Below are positions 14,301-26,113 of a stretch of DNA of 64,000 nt, in pieces (the stretch's first letter is position 1; every line of letters starts with the position of its first letter). The DNA comes from Lingula anatina. Lineage: Eukaryota; Animalia; Brachiopoda. The stretch covers positions 14,694,001 through 14,758,000 of the forward strand of contig CM120649.1 in assembly GCA_051362555.1 (NCBI GenBank), given 5' to 3'. The position numbers and the translations under genes are program-made. Under the pieces are notes generated by a model that worked only from the letters and a program-made list of their open reading frames with translations, was not told the origin of the DNA and did no database searches.

Positions 14301-16661
14301 CATTGTATCTAATTTTTAAAAGATTAGAAATTATTTTGCCCATAGTTTAAAATATAAATTTCTTCTATATACCACCCAATATTTTGTCTGCTGAATCAAA
14401 TTTCATTAGTTTATGCTTGTGTATTAGTTGTTTCCCAAACTATTTTAACATTTCTCTATTAAAATGACGAAGGTGGTGAAACATAATTTCAATTTAACCC
14501 TTTTTGGTATTTGGATTCAAGTATGATTGGAAATCAATATTGAATATTGAATGAGTTTTGCTTTTTTCATCAAATAATTGTCACACATATTTTCAAATAA
14601 TACTGTGTACAATACCACCACAGAAACCAACCTTGCGCTATTTACTGGTAAGTTATGAGGGTTGATGTAGGCTGTTTGTACTTGGTTGAATATAAATGCT
14701 CCTCCTCCAAACCCTGCCACCACCAGTCCGTTGACCAACCCTTTGTGATCAGGAAACCACTGAAAAGAAATTCATTATTTGTGACTGCTGTTTATATTTT
14801 ATTCACTGTATTGTAATGGACTGACTGAATATCGAGGCAAAACTGTGCCTCAGGGAATAAGACAATCTATTTTAAAGTCATTTTGTATAAATTCCCAGAT
14901 GAAAATTTATATTATAATACTACAGAAATTGGGCCATTTTTTGCTCTGTTAAATAATTACATGAAAACTTATGTGGTGAAGGGAGTCACCGGGATGTTTT
15001 GTAATGGAATTTAAAAATTAATTATGCGATAAGGCTAATATATTATAGTGACACAATTAAAATTAACTAAAAAGAAATATGTAATTATTAAAGGTGGGGG
15101 TGCAAATGCGCCACGAAAAACCGGGTTTCCGCTGAAAACCTAGGTTTTTTCCCCCCCACCCAAATACAACTTCTATACCAGACCAATTACCAACCCTTTG
15201 TGATCAGAAAACCACTGCACAAAATGACAAATAAAATGTATATTTTTTGATGGCATTTAACATTTATTGTTTGCCCATTAGTCGAATACTGTGATTGTCT
15301 ACACATGATTTCTCATTGTTTACCTTCATGGAATTAGCCAAGCAAGGAGCATATGCCATGCCCACTCCCAGTCCAAACATGATACCATATGTTAGCAAGG
15401 TTAATAGAAATGAATGTTTGATTGTCACAGAAGTAAGAAGAACTCCACCACTGAAACAAAATAATACATATTTTATTATAACATCTTATATGCTTTTAAA
15501 AATAAACACTAACCACACTTTCTAAACTAATCTAATAACATTGGATTTAAAACTCAAAACAAAGGTAGGTTTCAAAACATGACATTTGATATAAAATTGA
15601 AAATAAAACATAACTTAGCAATTAACATAAAAGCTTGCCTTGATAATCCCAAGCCTCATTAGTCTGCAGGGTTATTGGTCTGAAAAATCATATGCACGCA
15701 CCTCTGACAAACTTTGGACCAATGAACCTTCGTACTAACGCAACGGGCCCGCTTACCTCATTAGAGCACACCCTAGAAAAGCTGCCACTCTAGCACCAAA
15801 TTTCCTAAATATTGCCCCACCAAGAAACATGGACATCCCCTGACCCATGCCAGCCATTGCAAAGATCCATTCTGCAGTCTGATAATTCAAATCATGTGGG
15901 TAGGATAATTCCCTTATGTAGGAGGTGAGGTAAGATGTCAAGTTTCCTGAAAAAATATCATGTTTTACCTTCTAAAATTTAAGACTTCACATTTTTGAAA
16001 AATATCCCAAGATCACATTTTCTATGTTAACATAATCTGCACCACTGTGAATCTTTCCCAATGCAGACCTAAAAATGATAAAAGCCCTAAAATAAATATA
16101 CCTGATGTAAATAGTGCCTACTGTATATGCAGAAAACCATGGCAAAGGCAAATAGATAAATTAAAATTAATAAAAAATCCAACTGTAGTGACTTTCTAAA
16201 GTTCTGTTTTTCTGCTCTGGCAATAGCATGTTCAGCAAGTAAAAAAGAGAATATGAGTGCAAAAGAAAAACACCACCAGCTTTTATTTCTTATGCAATGT
16301 AGGAGTTTTCATTTTCATAATCATAAATTGTATATTCCAAACCCCAGTGACTGCAGGGGATTTCATGACAAAAAAGTAAACATCTTTAAATTTATTTATT
16401 ACTTTTTCTGCTGAAAACAAAATAACACCAGTGAAACGACATAAACTGTATCCGGTGTGTTTATATTCAACTGACTGGTTGCTGAATTCAACTTCCCTTC
16501 ATTCCAGTCTGTACTGCCTTCACAGCTGTACCAGTGAGTGACTGACAGTTTCACCTTCACATAACAAAAATAAACTCACCAAAAGTGTACGTAGTTCCGA
16601 GTGATAAGTGCACAATTATTCCCCCGACCACGGCTAAATATCCCTTCCACATTCGTGGCAT
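11305..16661 (-). CDS. MFS transporter, oxalate:formate antiporter (OFA)-like; 11 exons: 16661-16580, 15946-15757, 15450-15324, 14759-~14631, 14129-14015, 13855-13764, 13247-13124, 12836-12714, 12385-12176, 11911-11812, 11360-11305
   Basis: Spliced translation begins MPRMWKGYLAVVGGIIVHLSLGTTYTFGNLTSYLTSYIR and includes WFPDHKGLVNGLVVAGFGGGAFIFNQVQTAYINP and GNFSLFPTATAKAFGAKHVAVNYGLLFTSQ, typical of invertebrate OFA-like MFS proteins. GT-AG phases are consistent. Confidence 0.88.
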
Positions 16662-16699
16662 GTTTGGAGAAAATGAGGCCGATTTTCGAAAAAATCTAT

Positions 16700-17220
16700 G
16701 CTGAAAATAGCACATCTGCTTCTCGTGATCATAGTATCATGTTGTACACGGAAGTGCCGAGGAACTGCTCTACTGCTACTATATCCTTCCACTCTAGCAA
16801 AAAATCAGGGGTCAGGTTTCAAAATGTATCACAAACGTTGTATAACCAAAAGTATCTCTGACGAATTTTATTATGGTAATTCTAGATTATTTTTGTACTT
16901 GATTTGGTAAACTTGTCATCTGAAAGGTATTTACTGGCACATATCATATATAGGTCACATGCGGAGGAATAATCACTAAATTAGGTCAGCGGAAATGGCC
17001 TGCACAAGCGGAAGTAGAAACCCCATGTGACCGGTTTAAGCCAATGCCATGCAGCGTAGCATCGGCGTTCGGCAGTAACCTAGTGCTTGTTTTTGAAAGT
17101 GCTAGACGAGGGATATACCGCAAAATTTCGGACGCATTTTCTCTAGGTTCCAGTTACACTCGGACTTTGATCGGTGAGTATCTTGCAGGCAACATCTCAG
17201 AGAACCAGAAAATAGGTATT
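16700..17220. promoter_or_regulatory. Probable bidirectional (head-to-head) promoter for the MFS gene (-) and SAP130 (+), including a putative non-coding SAP130 exon 1
   Basis: CpG-containing segment with ETS-like CGGAAGT motifs (~16749, ~17009), a + strand donor G|GTGAGT at 17174, and the MFS ATG at 16661 on the - strand. Inferred from layout, not from transcripts. Confidence 0.5.
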
Positions 17221-17705
17221 TATGATTTTTGATCGAGGAGTTTTTGAGTAAAAGGAGATTGAAGTTGACGGTGTTCCGTACCGCCTAAACAGAGGGGAGA
17301 CGATTACAATTTTTGCGCGATTTAGATGTCGATCTAGAAAGTGACTCTACTGCTATAATGGATGAACGTCTGTATTTCAGTTTAAGTATAAATTAAAATG
17401 TGAAGGAGAAACTGAGATCTAGGCATCTGGAACGTCAGCTGCGGCCATTAAAATACATACTCCCGTGACGTCACTGGGCCCCGGAACCTGCGTTGAAAAT
17501 AGGTCAACAATCTACACGTGGTACAGAATAAAGAAATAGACACAGAATAAATTTAAACCTAGCTATTTTTTGTGACAGACAAATTACAATTTTTCTTTTC
17601 AGTAATTTTTGTTTAACACCAAATAAGGGTGGTAGAAATCCATCTTACTCCAGAAAGATAACAGCGTTAGAATCTGCATAAAAACTTAGCCACAAATATG
17701 TAATA

Positions 17706-20100
17706 CGGTAAAGTCTTGAAAATTTCGTCGTTCTTGAAAACTTCGTCGGCAGACGATTTTCCGCCGAGGTAATTTTTTTCCCTTTGAAAACTTCGTCGAC
17801 CTTGAAAATGAGGTACTTGATAATTTTTGAAAAGTTCGTCGTTGTCCAGCTCAAACATGAAGGTAATGCGTCAGTTGATTCAAGACAATGATACGATCAG
17901 GATATCATTGCCGATAACACTCTCAATGGGAGATAGGAACAATGGTGCGCCCCTACGAGCGGTTACTCACAATATAGGTGGTTAAGATGTGAATTCCCGT
18001 TCTTAATTGCGGGAACGTCGGCCTTTTGTCTAATTTCTACACCTGGCTCAAGGTGCGTTATCAAGCCGGCAAATAGAAGTCACAGGTCGCGGCTTTATCA
18101 TTCGTAACGACGTTATTGTTATCGGCGGCTGTCCTAAATGAGGAAGACACATGAAAAAAGCAAGATATTATCTCGAAGGGAAATGTACTCACTTCTATTC
18201 ATGCCCATGTTCAATTTGGGACCATTTAACGATTACCTGGCTCGTCGTGGGGATCGTTCGCAATGCGAATGAGGCAAGATGTCAATTTTCATATCTTCAG
18301 AGGAGAATATTTCGCGTAATATCGTCAACAGATTTTATATTTGAAGTGGACTCCGTTCGCGTAAGACCATCAGCGGGAGATCGTTTGCGATTACAGAGAG
18401 ACGAACAGGCAATCTTCATATCTTCACCGGGAGATCGTTCGCGGTGAAAGCGAAAATAAATTGCACTTTTCATATTAGTCCAAGGGAACTTCGTTCGTGA
18501 AAGATCGTCAACAGGAGATCATTATTATAACCCCCCTCCCCCCTTCTCCCGCTCACGGCATATATTCATCGGAATTGAATTTTATAAATAACATGTATTT
18601 TTCATTTTATCTTTAACCCCCCCCCCCTTCTCCTGCTCACGGCATATATCCATCGGAGAATCTTTCACGTAAGATCGTCAGAGGGAGATCGTTCGCGATC
18701 CGAGCGAGACGAAAAGGCAATTTTCATTTCATCATTGGGAGATCGTTCGCGATGTAAGCAAGAATGAAATGCAATTTTCAAAGTAGCTCAAGGAACTTAA
18801 TTTGCAAAAGCTATTCAGCGGGAGATCATTATTCTAACCCTCCCCTTTGAATTTTATAAATAATATATATTTTTCATTTTATCTTAAACCCCTCCTTCCC
18901 CGCTCATGGCATATCTTCGGCGGAGAATCGTTCGTGTAAGATGATCATCGTTAGATCGTTTGCGATGTAAGCAAGAATGAAATGCAATTTTTATATTAGT
19001 TCAAGGGATTTAGGGAACTTCGTTCGCGGAAGATCGTCAGTGGGAGATCATTATTTAACTCCCCCCTCCCCCAAACACATACACTTTGGATTTAAAAAAA
19101 ATCATTTTCATTTTTTCTTTAATCAGCCCCTCCTCCCCCGCTCACGGTATATCTTCGGCGGAGAATCGTTCGCGTAATATCCCCAGGACTTTGTTCGCGT
19201 AAGATCATATCAGAGGGAGATCGTTCGCGATCCTAGCATGACGTAAAGGCATTTTTCATATCATCGTCGGGAGATTGTTCGCGATGTAAGCAATAATAAA
19301 ATGCAGTTTTCATATTAGTTCAAGGAACAAAGTTTGCGAACGATCGTCAGCAGGAGATCATTATTTTAATACCCCTCCCCCTTTGAATATTATAAAAATT
19401 AAAATGATATATAATTAAAATTTTATCTTGAAACCCCTTCCCCGCCTACGGCATACATGTATCTTCGGCGAAGAATCGTTTGCGTAATATAGCCAGGACT
19501 TAGCGTAAGATCGTCAGAGGGAGATCGTTCGCGATGTAACAGTAAGCAATAATAAAATGCAGTTTTCATATTATTTCAAGGAACTTAAATTGCGTAAGAT
19601 CGTCAGCGGGAACAATTATTTGAACTCCCTGTAAATTTTTAGGAAGTTACAGATGGTAATTTGACGCCTAACACTCAATCCTGGGAAAAGCCCTGCCCGC
19701 AACAAACGTTGCCAAGTGCGTATGTCGCGTCCAGGGTTATTGATGCAAGGAGGCAATTAGGCTTATCTTGGTCGTTCTCCTCTATCAGGAGGTATATTTC
19801 TTACCGGGTACAGTAAGTATAACCATAGAACTTCTATGGTATAACTTATAATCGAGATGCAGTAATAAATAGATTATTATTTACCGCCAGAAACGACTAA
19901 GGAAGTAGTAGTAATAAATATCCCACAATATATGAGGGTCAAAGATAACAGCCGCTAAGGATAAAAGCCCAAAGGCCGGATTTTTGAAAATTTCGTCATA
20001 CCCAGGAGTCGGGGAGAGGTAATTTTGAAAAATTAGTCGAATTTACACAATTAAAAATATTAATTAATTTTTAAGCGACGAAATTTTCAAGACTTTACCG
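17706..20100. mobile_element. ~2.4-kb non-autonomous Tc1/mariner-superfamily-like DNA transposon with an internal tandem repeat array
   Basis: 25-bp perfect TIR cggtaaagtcttgaaaatttcgtcg / cgacgaaattttcaagactttaccg, TA on both flanks, subterminal repeats of gaaaa(c/t)ttcgtcg, no transposase ORF. Confidence 0.8.
18340..19620. repeat. Degenerate higher-order tandem repeat (about 4-5 units of ~220-310 bp built from GGGAGATCGTTCGCGA subrepeats)
   Basis: Core gggagatcgttcgcga recurs at ~18376, 18430, 18683, 18737, 19215, 19269 and 19519, with recurring blocks aatgaaatgcaattttcata and cgctcacggcatatcttcggcggagaatcgttcgcgtaa. Confidence 0.85.
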
Positions 20101-20448
20101 TAGTAAAACCATGGGTAAAACTAAGTGGATAGAAATCAGTGAATATTTATCATCGTATCAATTTTTATCGAACATCAAAAAAACATATCTGTGCTATTTC
20201 TTTATTTACTTGAAATGTATTGGAAGACAAAAACAGTCGTGGCAGGTTGAAAATATCCATGTTTTGTGTTCTGTATGTGGACCAACAGAGAGAGAGAGAG
20301 AGAAAGAGAGAGGTTGTGCTTCTATAGAAAGAATAATTTAGTAAATTTTCTACTCAGATTTGGATGTTGAGTAGAAACATGATTACATTGCTGTAAAATT
20401 CTCACGACTTCTAATCTTTTGTTTTCCTTTAGATATTTTTTCTCCTTA

Positions 20449-21577
20449 GGCCACACTTTTTTATTTTTATGGATGACATCCTCTGGGGACCCCAAAGTCG
20501 GTGCGAGCGGGCGAAAAAAAAAAAAAAACAGTCCAAAAAAAAAAAAAAACTGCTTAAGAAAAGTTATGTTTTCAGTACACAGCTGGAAACACTAATTTAC
20601 CACAGAAACAACTAACAACATGTCTTTATCCATGCTCTCAAAATATTAAAGCTTTGTGAATAGGGCCTATTTCGTAGAAAGGTAAAAAGTCATGAATATA
20701 TATGCTGCATATTACCAAATCTATTTAAGGTTATTTCATGCATTCTGTTGGTATAGCATCCAATAAAACAAATATCAAATAAACAGCGTGTCTTAATTTG
20801 TACTCTCAGAAAATTAAAGCATTGTAAACACTTCACAGAATTGTTAAAAAAATGAAGCAAAGATGGGCTTATGCTTCCTACTACTAAGGTAATTTCGGTC
20901 GATGCCATTTTGTCTACTTCGACTCAAACGCTAGCAGCCAACTATCGGGTGGCCTGTCCGACCTTCAGTCCACCAAATACCACGACGCTCTTGTCGACCC
21001 TTTTTTCGCTCCAAAAAGAAACTGGTATGTGCTGCTTTGGACAGAATGTCACTGAAATTTTCCGGGCGATGATCGCTGGCCGCGGCCAGCCTTTCGTATA
21101 ATTGTAAAAGGGTGATATCTCCATGTCCAATATCAATGGCAAACCAATCCAAAAAGACGGCCCCCGTTCTCTTTATGACTTTAATTGTCGTGTATTTTGA
21201 AATTAAAGCAATAATAACTCTTCGTTTCGGCCAAAAAATGAATTTTCCTGGAGTAAACAACAATTTTCCCATACTTACCAATGGTTAATGAATCCATTTT
21301 TACATTCAAAGTTAGTCCCTGGTTTTTTTCTAAAAAGTTTGGTTTTTTTGTTAAAATCTCTTAAGAGCTTGCGGAATTAGCCGAGAATTGCCGATTGCAT
21401 TTTCCTGCAAATTCAATAACGATGTTTGCGACAACCAACTTCCTTGCTGCATGGGGGGGGGGGGGGGGGGGGGAGCGGTTTGGGGGGGGGGGGATTTTTT
21501 TTTTTTTTTTTTTTGGAGAACGGACGAAAATCGGTGCGCGCGCAGGATGTCATCCATAAAATTAAAAAAGTGTGGCC
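20449..21577. mobile_element. ~1.1-kb non-autonomous PIF/Harbinger-like element
   Basis: ~35-bp TIR ggccacactttt...atggatgacatcct / aggatgtcatccataaaattaaaaaagtgtggcc, flanked by TTA and TAA (TWA target). Confidence 0.75.
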
Positions 21578-21714
21578 TAAGTGCAATGCAGAGAGCAAGA
21601 GTAAGTTAGAGAGAGAGAAAAAGTGATATGAGATGGTGTCATTGTTTTCTCAGGGTTTTGGTGAGTTTAATAATCTCAACCATGTTATCTTTCAGTCCAA
21701 TGTAATGCCTGATC

Positions 21715-23086
21715 ATGAGTAACCATGGTTACCCACCCGGCGACCACTCATCAAAAGACGGTAAACAAGACAGCAGCAAGGCGTCACAGGGACAGACAGT
21801 TTCTTTTGTAAAACACCCACAGGTGACAGCAGCGGGGGACATTCACAAGACAGGCTTTCTGGTAGGTTTACGTTGGATTAAAATCATACATATGTATGGT
21901 CTTGTTTGGCTATCTACATATGTGCATCAGTTGATGCTCATTAAGTTTGGTTACTTTTTGTTGACTTGAAATTTGAATGTATTCTCCCAGCCACCAATTA
22001 CTGACAGAAGTTGGCAGCATCTTTTGCAAGGAAAATTATCAACTTTAGACTTTTCAGTGACTGATCAATTCATCTGCTGTGAATGTGAACTTTCAGTTGT
22101 TATTATCCATAAATAATTCTATAATCCACCTGTTCTGACCAACCACCAGGTTAACAAAAATATTGTGGAGGCATAAAAACTTTCAGAATCAAATATTTCT
22201 CTTTCTAAGAAGACAGGATATTGCTTTTTGGCAAAAAAAATTCTATGATAGATAATCCGGCTGATTTTAGTATTGTATTAGTATTTTGTGTCAAGCTTTT
22301 TCCATCTCTAGGTTTGAATTATATATATTTCATACCTAAAATTTAAACCAGTTTGAAACCACACCCAAAACAAAAGACGTGAACCCCTTGTTACAACTTA
22401 AACTTGTCAGATTTCTTCTTCCTTTCCATGTTTAAATATATAAAATAGTGGTAGAATCTTTAATGATTTAGTGTTTTCATATTGGATAATCCATGCAGCT
22501 AATAATAGATAACTTGAAATGCATTGAAAAATATGTATTTTGCTGTGAGGCCAATGAATGAGATGCCAAAGACAACAAAGTATAGCTTACCTATATAACA
22601 GCACAGAAAATATCCATTCAAATAACATTTTTTCGGGAAATATAAAGCCATGCCCTTTGATATTTCTTTAAGTTATGCTATCTGAAACTGCATACTAACA
22701 GATAGCTTCACATGGTTTGAACAAATGACATTATTTCAGGCCCAGACCTTACATGCAGTTTCAGGTCACCCCATCAAACCCTACAAAATAGAAATTTTCA
22801 CAACCACTAGTATAATTTAATATTGAAGAATCATATTATACAATTATTTCAGGCCCAGATCAAGCACTCGGTTCCTAGCCGCCCCATTGCTCCGGCTCCT
22901 ACCACCTCCCACTTACCACAGAGTAAACCTGCCAACCACCTGCTGTTAACTGGAGCAGCGCAGAAAGCAGCCAGTCTCAACCTTGTGCGAGGTAATGGGA
23001 TATTTTACTAGTGATCTGATACATTTAGAAAAAAGAAAGACTTCTGTCTTTTTATTTGGTTAGGGTTATCTGAAGTCAAAATCAGT

Positions 23087-23130
<44 letters not shown>

Positions 23131-25493
23131 TCAGAAAGGAGTTTCTACTCACCTATAAACTCAATCTCTGACATGTTTTTGAAAAGGTGTGTGCCCTTTT
23201 CAGGCCCAAGTACTATGGGCAACCAGGAAGGTAAGCCAATTGGGACAGGGAACGCAAACTTTGGGAACACCAGAACCCCTATACAGCTCCAGAACCTACG
23301 CAATGTCACACCGGGTGCCAGTCCTGCACAGACGCCACAACTTCCCCCTAGCCAAGTCGCTCAGTTATCTCAGCTGTCGCAACAAACACAACAGACCCAG
23401 GGGGGCAGGCTGTCACAAGCAATAGCCAATCAGAATACAGCATCTCCAACTGTGGCGGTTACAGCCAGTGGGAATTTGAATCCTGTGGCAGCCCAGATTA
23501 CCCAGAATCCTCAGATCCAGATGGCGTCTATTATTCGTAGTTCTGTGACTAATGCCCAAGCCATGCCCGGGCAGCAGAGTCAGATTCAGGTGAAGACAGG
23601 AAAACCTGTGGCGCCATCTGCTGGTTTTGGGTCCCATGTACCAAGAGGTGGGTATAATTTTTTTTTTTTTTAGTAAATTATTATTATTATTAACTTTTTT
23701 ATTATTTTTTTGGGAACATGACAGATTTACTATTTGCTTTGAAGTATGAAGTAAGAGTAGTAAGTAACTATAAAATGTAGTAGTGTTACAGTTGAATCTC
23801 ATGTATAATGTGAGAGATAGCATTAATCCCTCCAAGGAAAAATTTGTTTGCCTTCTGGTTTATGCCTGCAAGGCAGGACATCCCATCTTCACATGCATTT
23901 TCCATCTTGTTTGCCAGGCACAGCTGCGGCCTCTGCACTCTCAGCACCAACAAAGACAGGAGCAGTGGCCACGCCCATCCTGCGACCCAATCCACCGCCA
24001 GGCATCATGGGACAGAACCAGCTCCTGGCAGCCAGGATGAATGCACCACTGGTGACTCCGGTGAGGCCTGGGACACCGCCAACCACCACCACCAGGGCGG
24101 CGTCACCTGTGGTGTCTGCTGGTGACACGGGTAGCAGGTGAGTTTTGAAGGGTGCAGGTGCTCTGTTAATCATGTTGGGAATGTTTCCTTATTTCAGGCT
24201 ATGATATCAGGTTGTGATATCTGTTAAATTGTATAAGGTCCACCCACTTTTTCTAAAACAAAAATCTCAACTTATTGTACTATTTCTCAAGGTAAATGAT
24301 ATCTGTTGAATGGTATAAGGTCTCAGCAAGTTCCTAAAACAGAAATCTCAACTAATTTTCACATTTCTCCAGATTGATGAAATCTATTAAATGGTATCAG
24401 TTTTCAGCAAGTTTCTAAAACAAAAATCTTTTACCTATTTCTCCAGACCAGCTCATTTCACCCCCCACAGCACCACCAGCACCACCACCACCACAGTGCA
24501 GATCACCATCCAGCAGCCCAACGCCAGACTACAGGCAGTGGACATGTCGGCTGCAGCAGCGGCGGCTGCGCATCCAACCAAACACAACAAACCGGTGCAC
24601 CTGTCCCAGGCCATGGTGCACCCGCACACCACTCATAAAGTGGTGCTGTCCCAGGCGACTGTGGCACCCATGATGCAGCCAGCGTCCATGGTGACCACTG
24701 TGACCAAATCTGGTAAGTATTGTGTACAGTGGTGCCACCTATACCTGGGTTCACAGTCACGCCACCTGAGCTCACAATGTTTTTTAATTTTTCATGTCAT
24801 TGATATGGTTTGTACTTATTAACTGTTTGACTGAAATATGGTGCTTATTATAGATGCTGAAGCTATATTATCTCTTTATTTTGTGTGCATTGTACATATT
24901 GAGAGATTTTAGGTAAATGCCTGAACTGTCAGATAATGTGTTGAAATGAGTGAAGACTGAATTGTGTAATAAGGTTCAATAAAAAATATGGGGAAAAACA
25001 GTTCAGACATTTTTTCTATTTTCTAGCACCTCTCCAAGTGTCAATCCACAGTCACACCAGTTCTCTGGCTGCCACAACAACCACATCCACAACATCAGCT
25101 TCTACAATACCAATAGGTGAGAACCTGTTCATTTTATATACAATAGTCCATAACCACCACCAAAGTTGTTCTGTTTCTGCCATTGTTGATTCAACTGTTG
25201 GCAGATTTCCAACTTTTTGGGAGCCAAAAACATCAATAGCCAAAGTGACCACCATATTTTGCGCATATTCTGTTTTACATCTATTTTAGCCCGCGTAAAT
25301 CCACAGCGCCAGGCCGTGCCGCCCACACTAGGTCACCAAACAGAGGTCAGGTCGGATAACACTGCTCAGCTGTCGGGCGGCAGTTTATTTATACCCCACG
25401 CGCACAGAGGATCTCCTAACACAGTCAGCACTGGCATTAGTCTACAGAATAGTGTGTCACTCACAGATAGTAGACAGCAAGACAGGTGTGTTT

Positions 25494-25528
<35 letters not shown>

Positions 25529-26043
25529 TTTGTGATATATGTGGCAGACTCTGCTTAACTTGGACACTCGGGGGCCAAAAAATTATTTTCTAATGATGCA
25601 GTGTTCATTTTGATTTCAGTCAGTATCAAAGAAAATAATTCAAAAGAAGATATTGAATAATTTTATGAAGCATATAGTATTTGCAAAATTAAAAGATTTT
25701 ATTAAGTTATCCAAAAGCTCTCTACTTCTTTATAAGTAGTCAGACAGCTGTATTTGTCAAACTAAAAGGATAGGACTGTACCTGTGAAAATGACCATATC
25801 TTTCTATGCATTTCAGCTCCCGCAGCCAGCTCCCCCATGTGGCACCCCCGGGCCCCTATGACCTGTATAGTCCCCTGCAGCTGGGGTACCACCCCCCTCA
25901 GTTCATGTATTACCCCAGCCCAGCACAGGGCTTTACACCCATATCAACAGGACCCTCATTAAGGCCAAGTCTATGTGAGTGGTTTTCTGGATTCAAAGGG
26001 ATGATTAAACACTTGTCATAGTTATTATTTGCTGTAATTATTA

Positions 26044-26113
<70 letters not shown>

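Noticed and set aside
18340-19620. Regularly recurring GGAGATCGTTCGCGA motif as a CRISPR-like array
   Set aside because: The spacers are themselves repeated and degenerate, the context is eukaryotic, there are no cas genes, and the array lies within transposon TIRs.
21351-21626. Gly/Phe/Pro/Lys homopolymer ORFs
   Set aside because: Artefacts of G and T homopolymer runs inside a transposon.
21654-21660. 7-nt micro-exon (ttctcag|ggttttg|gtgagt) in the SAP130 5' UTR
   Set aside because: The following intron to 21695 would be only 35 nt; unsupported without transcripts.
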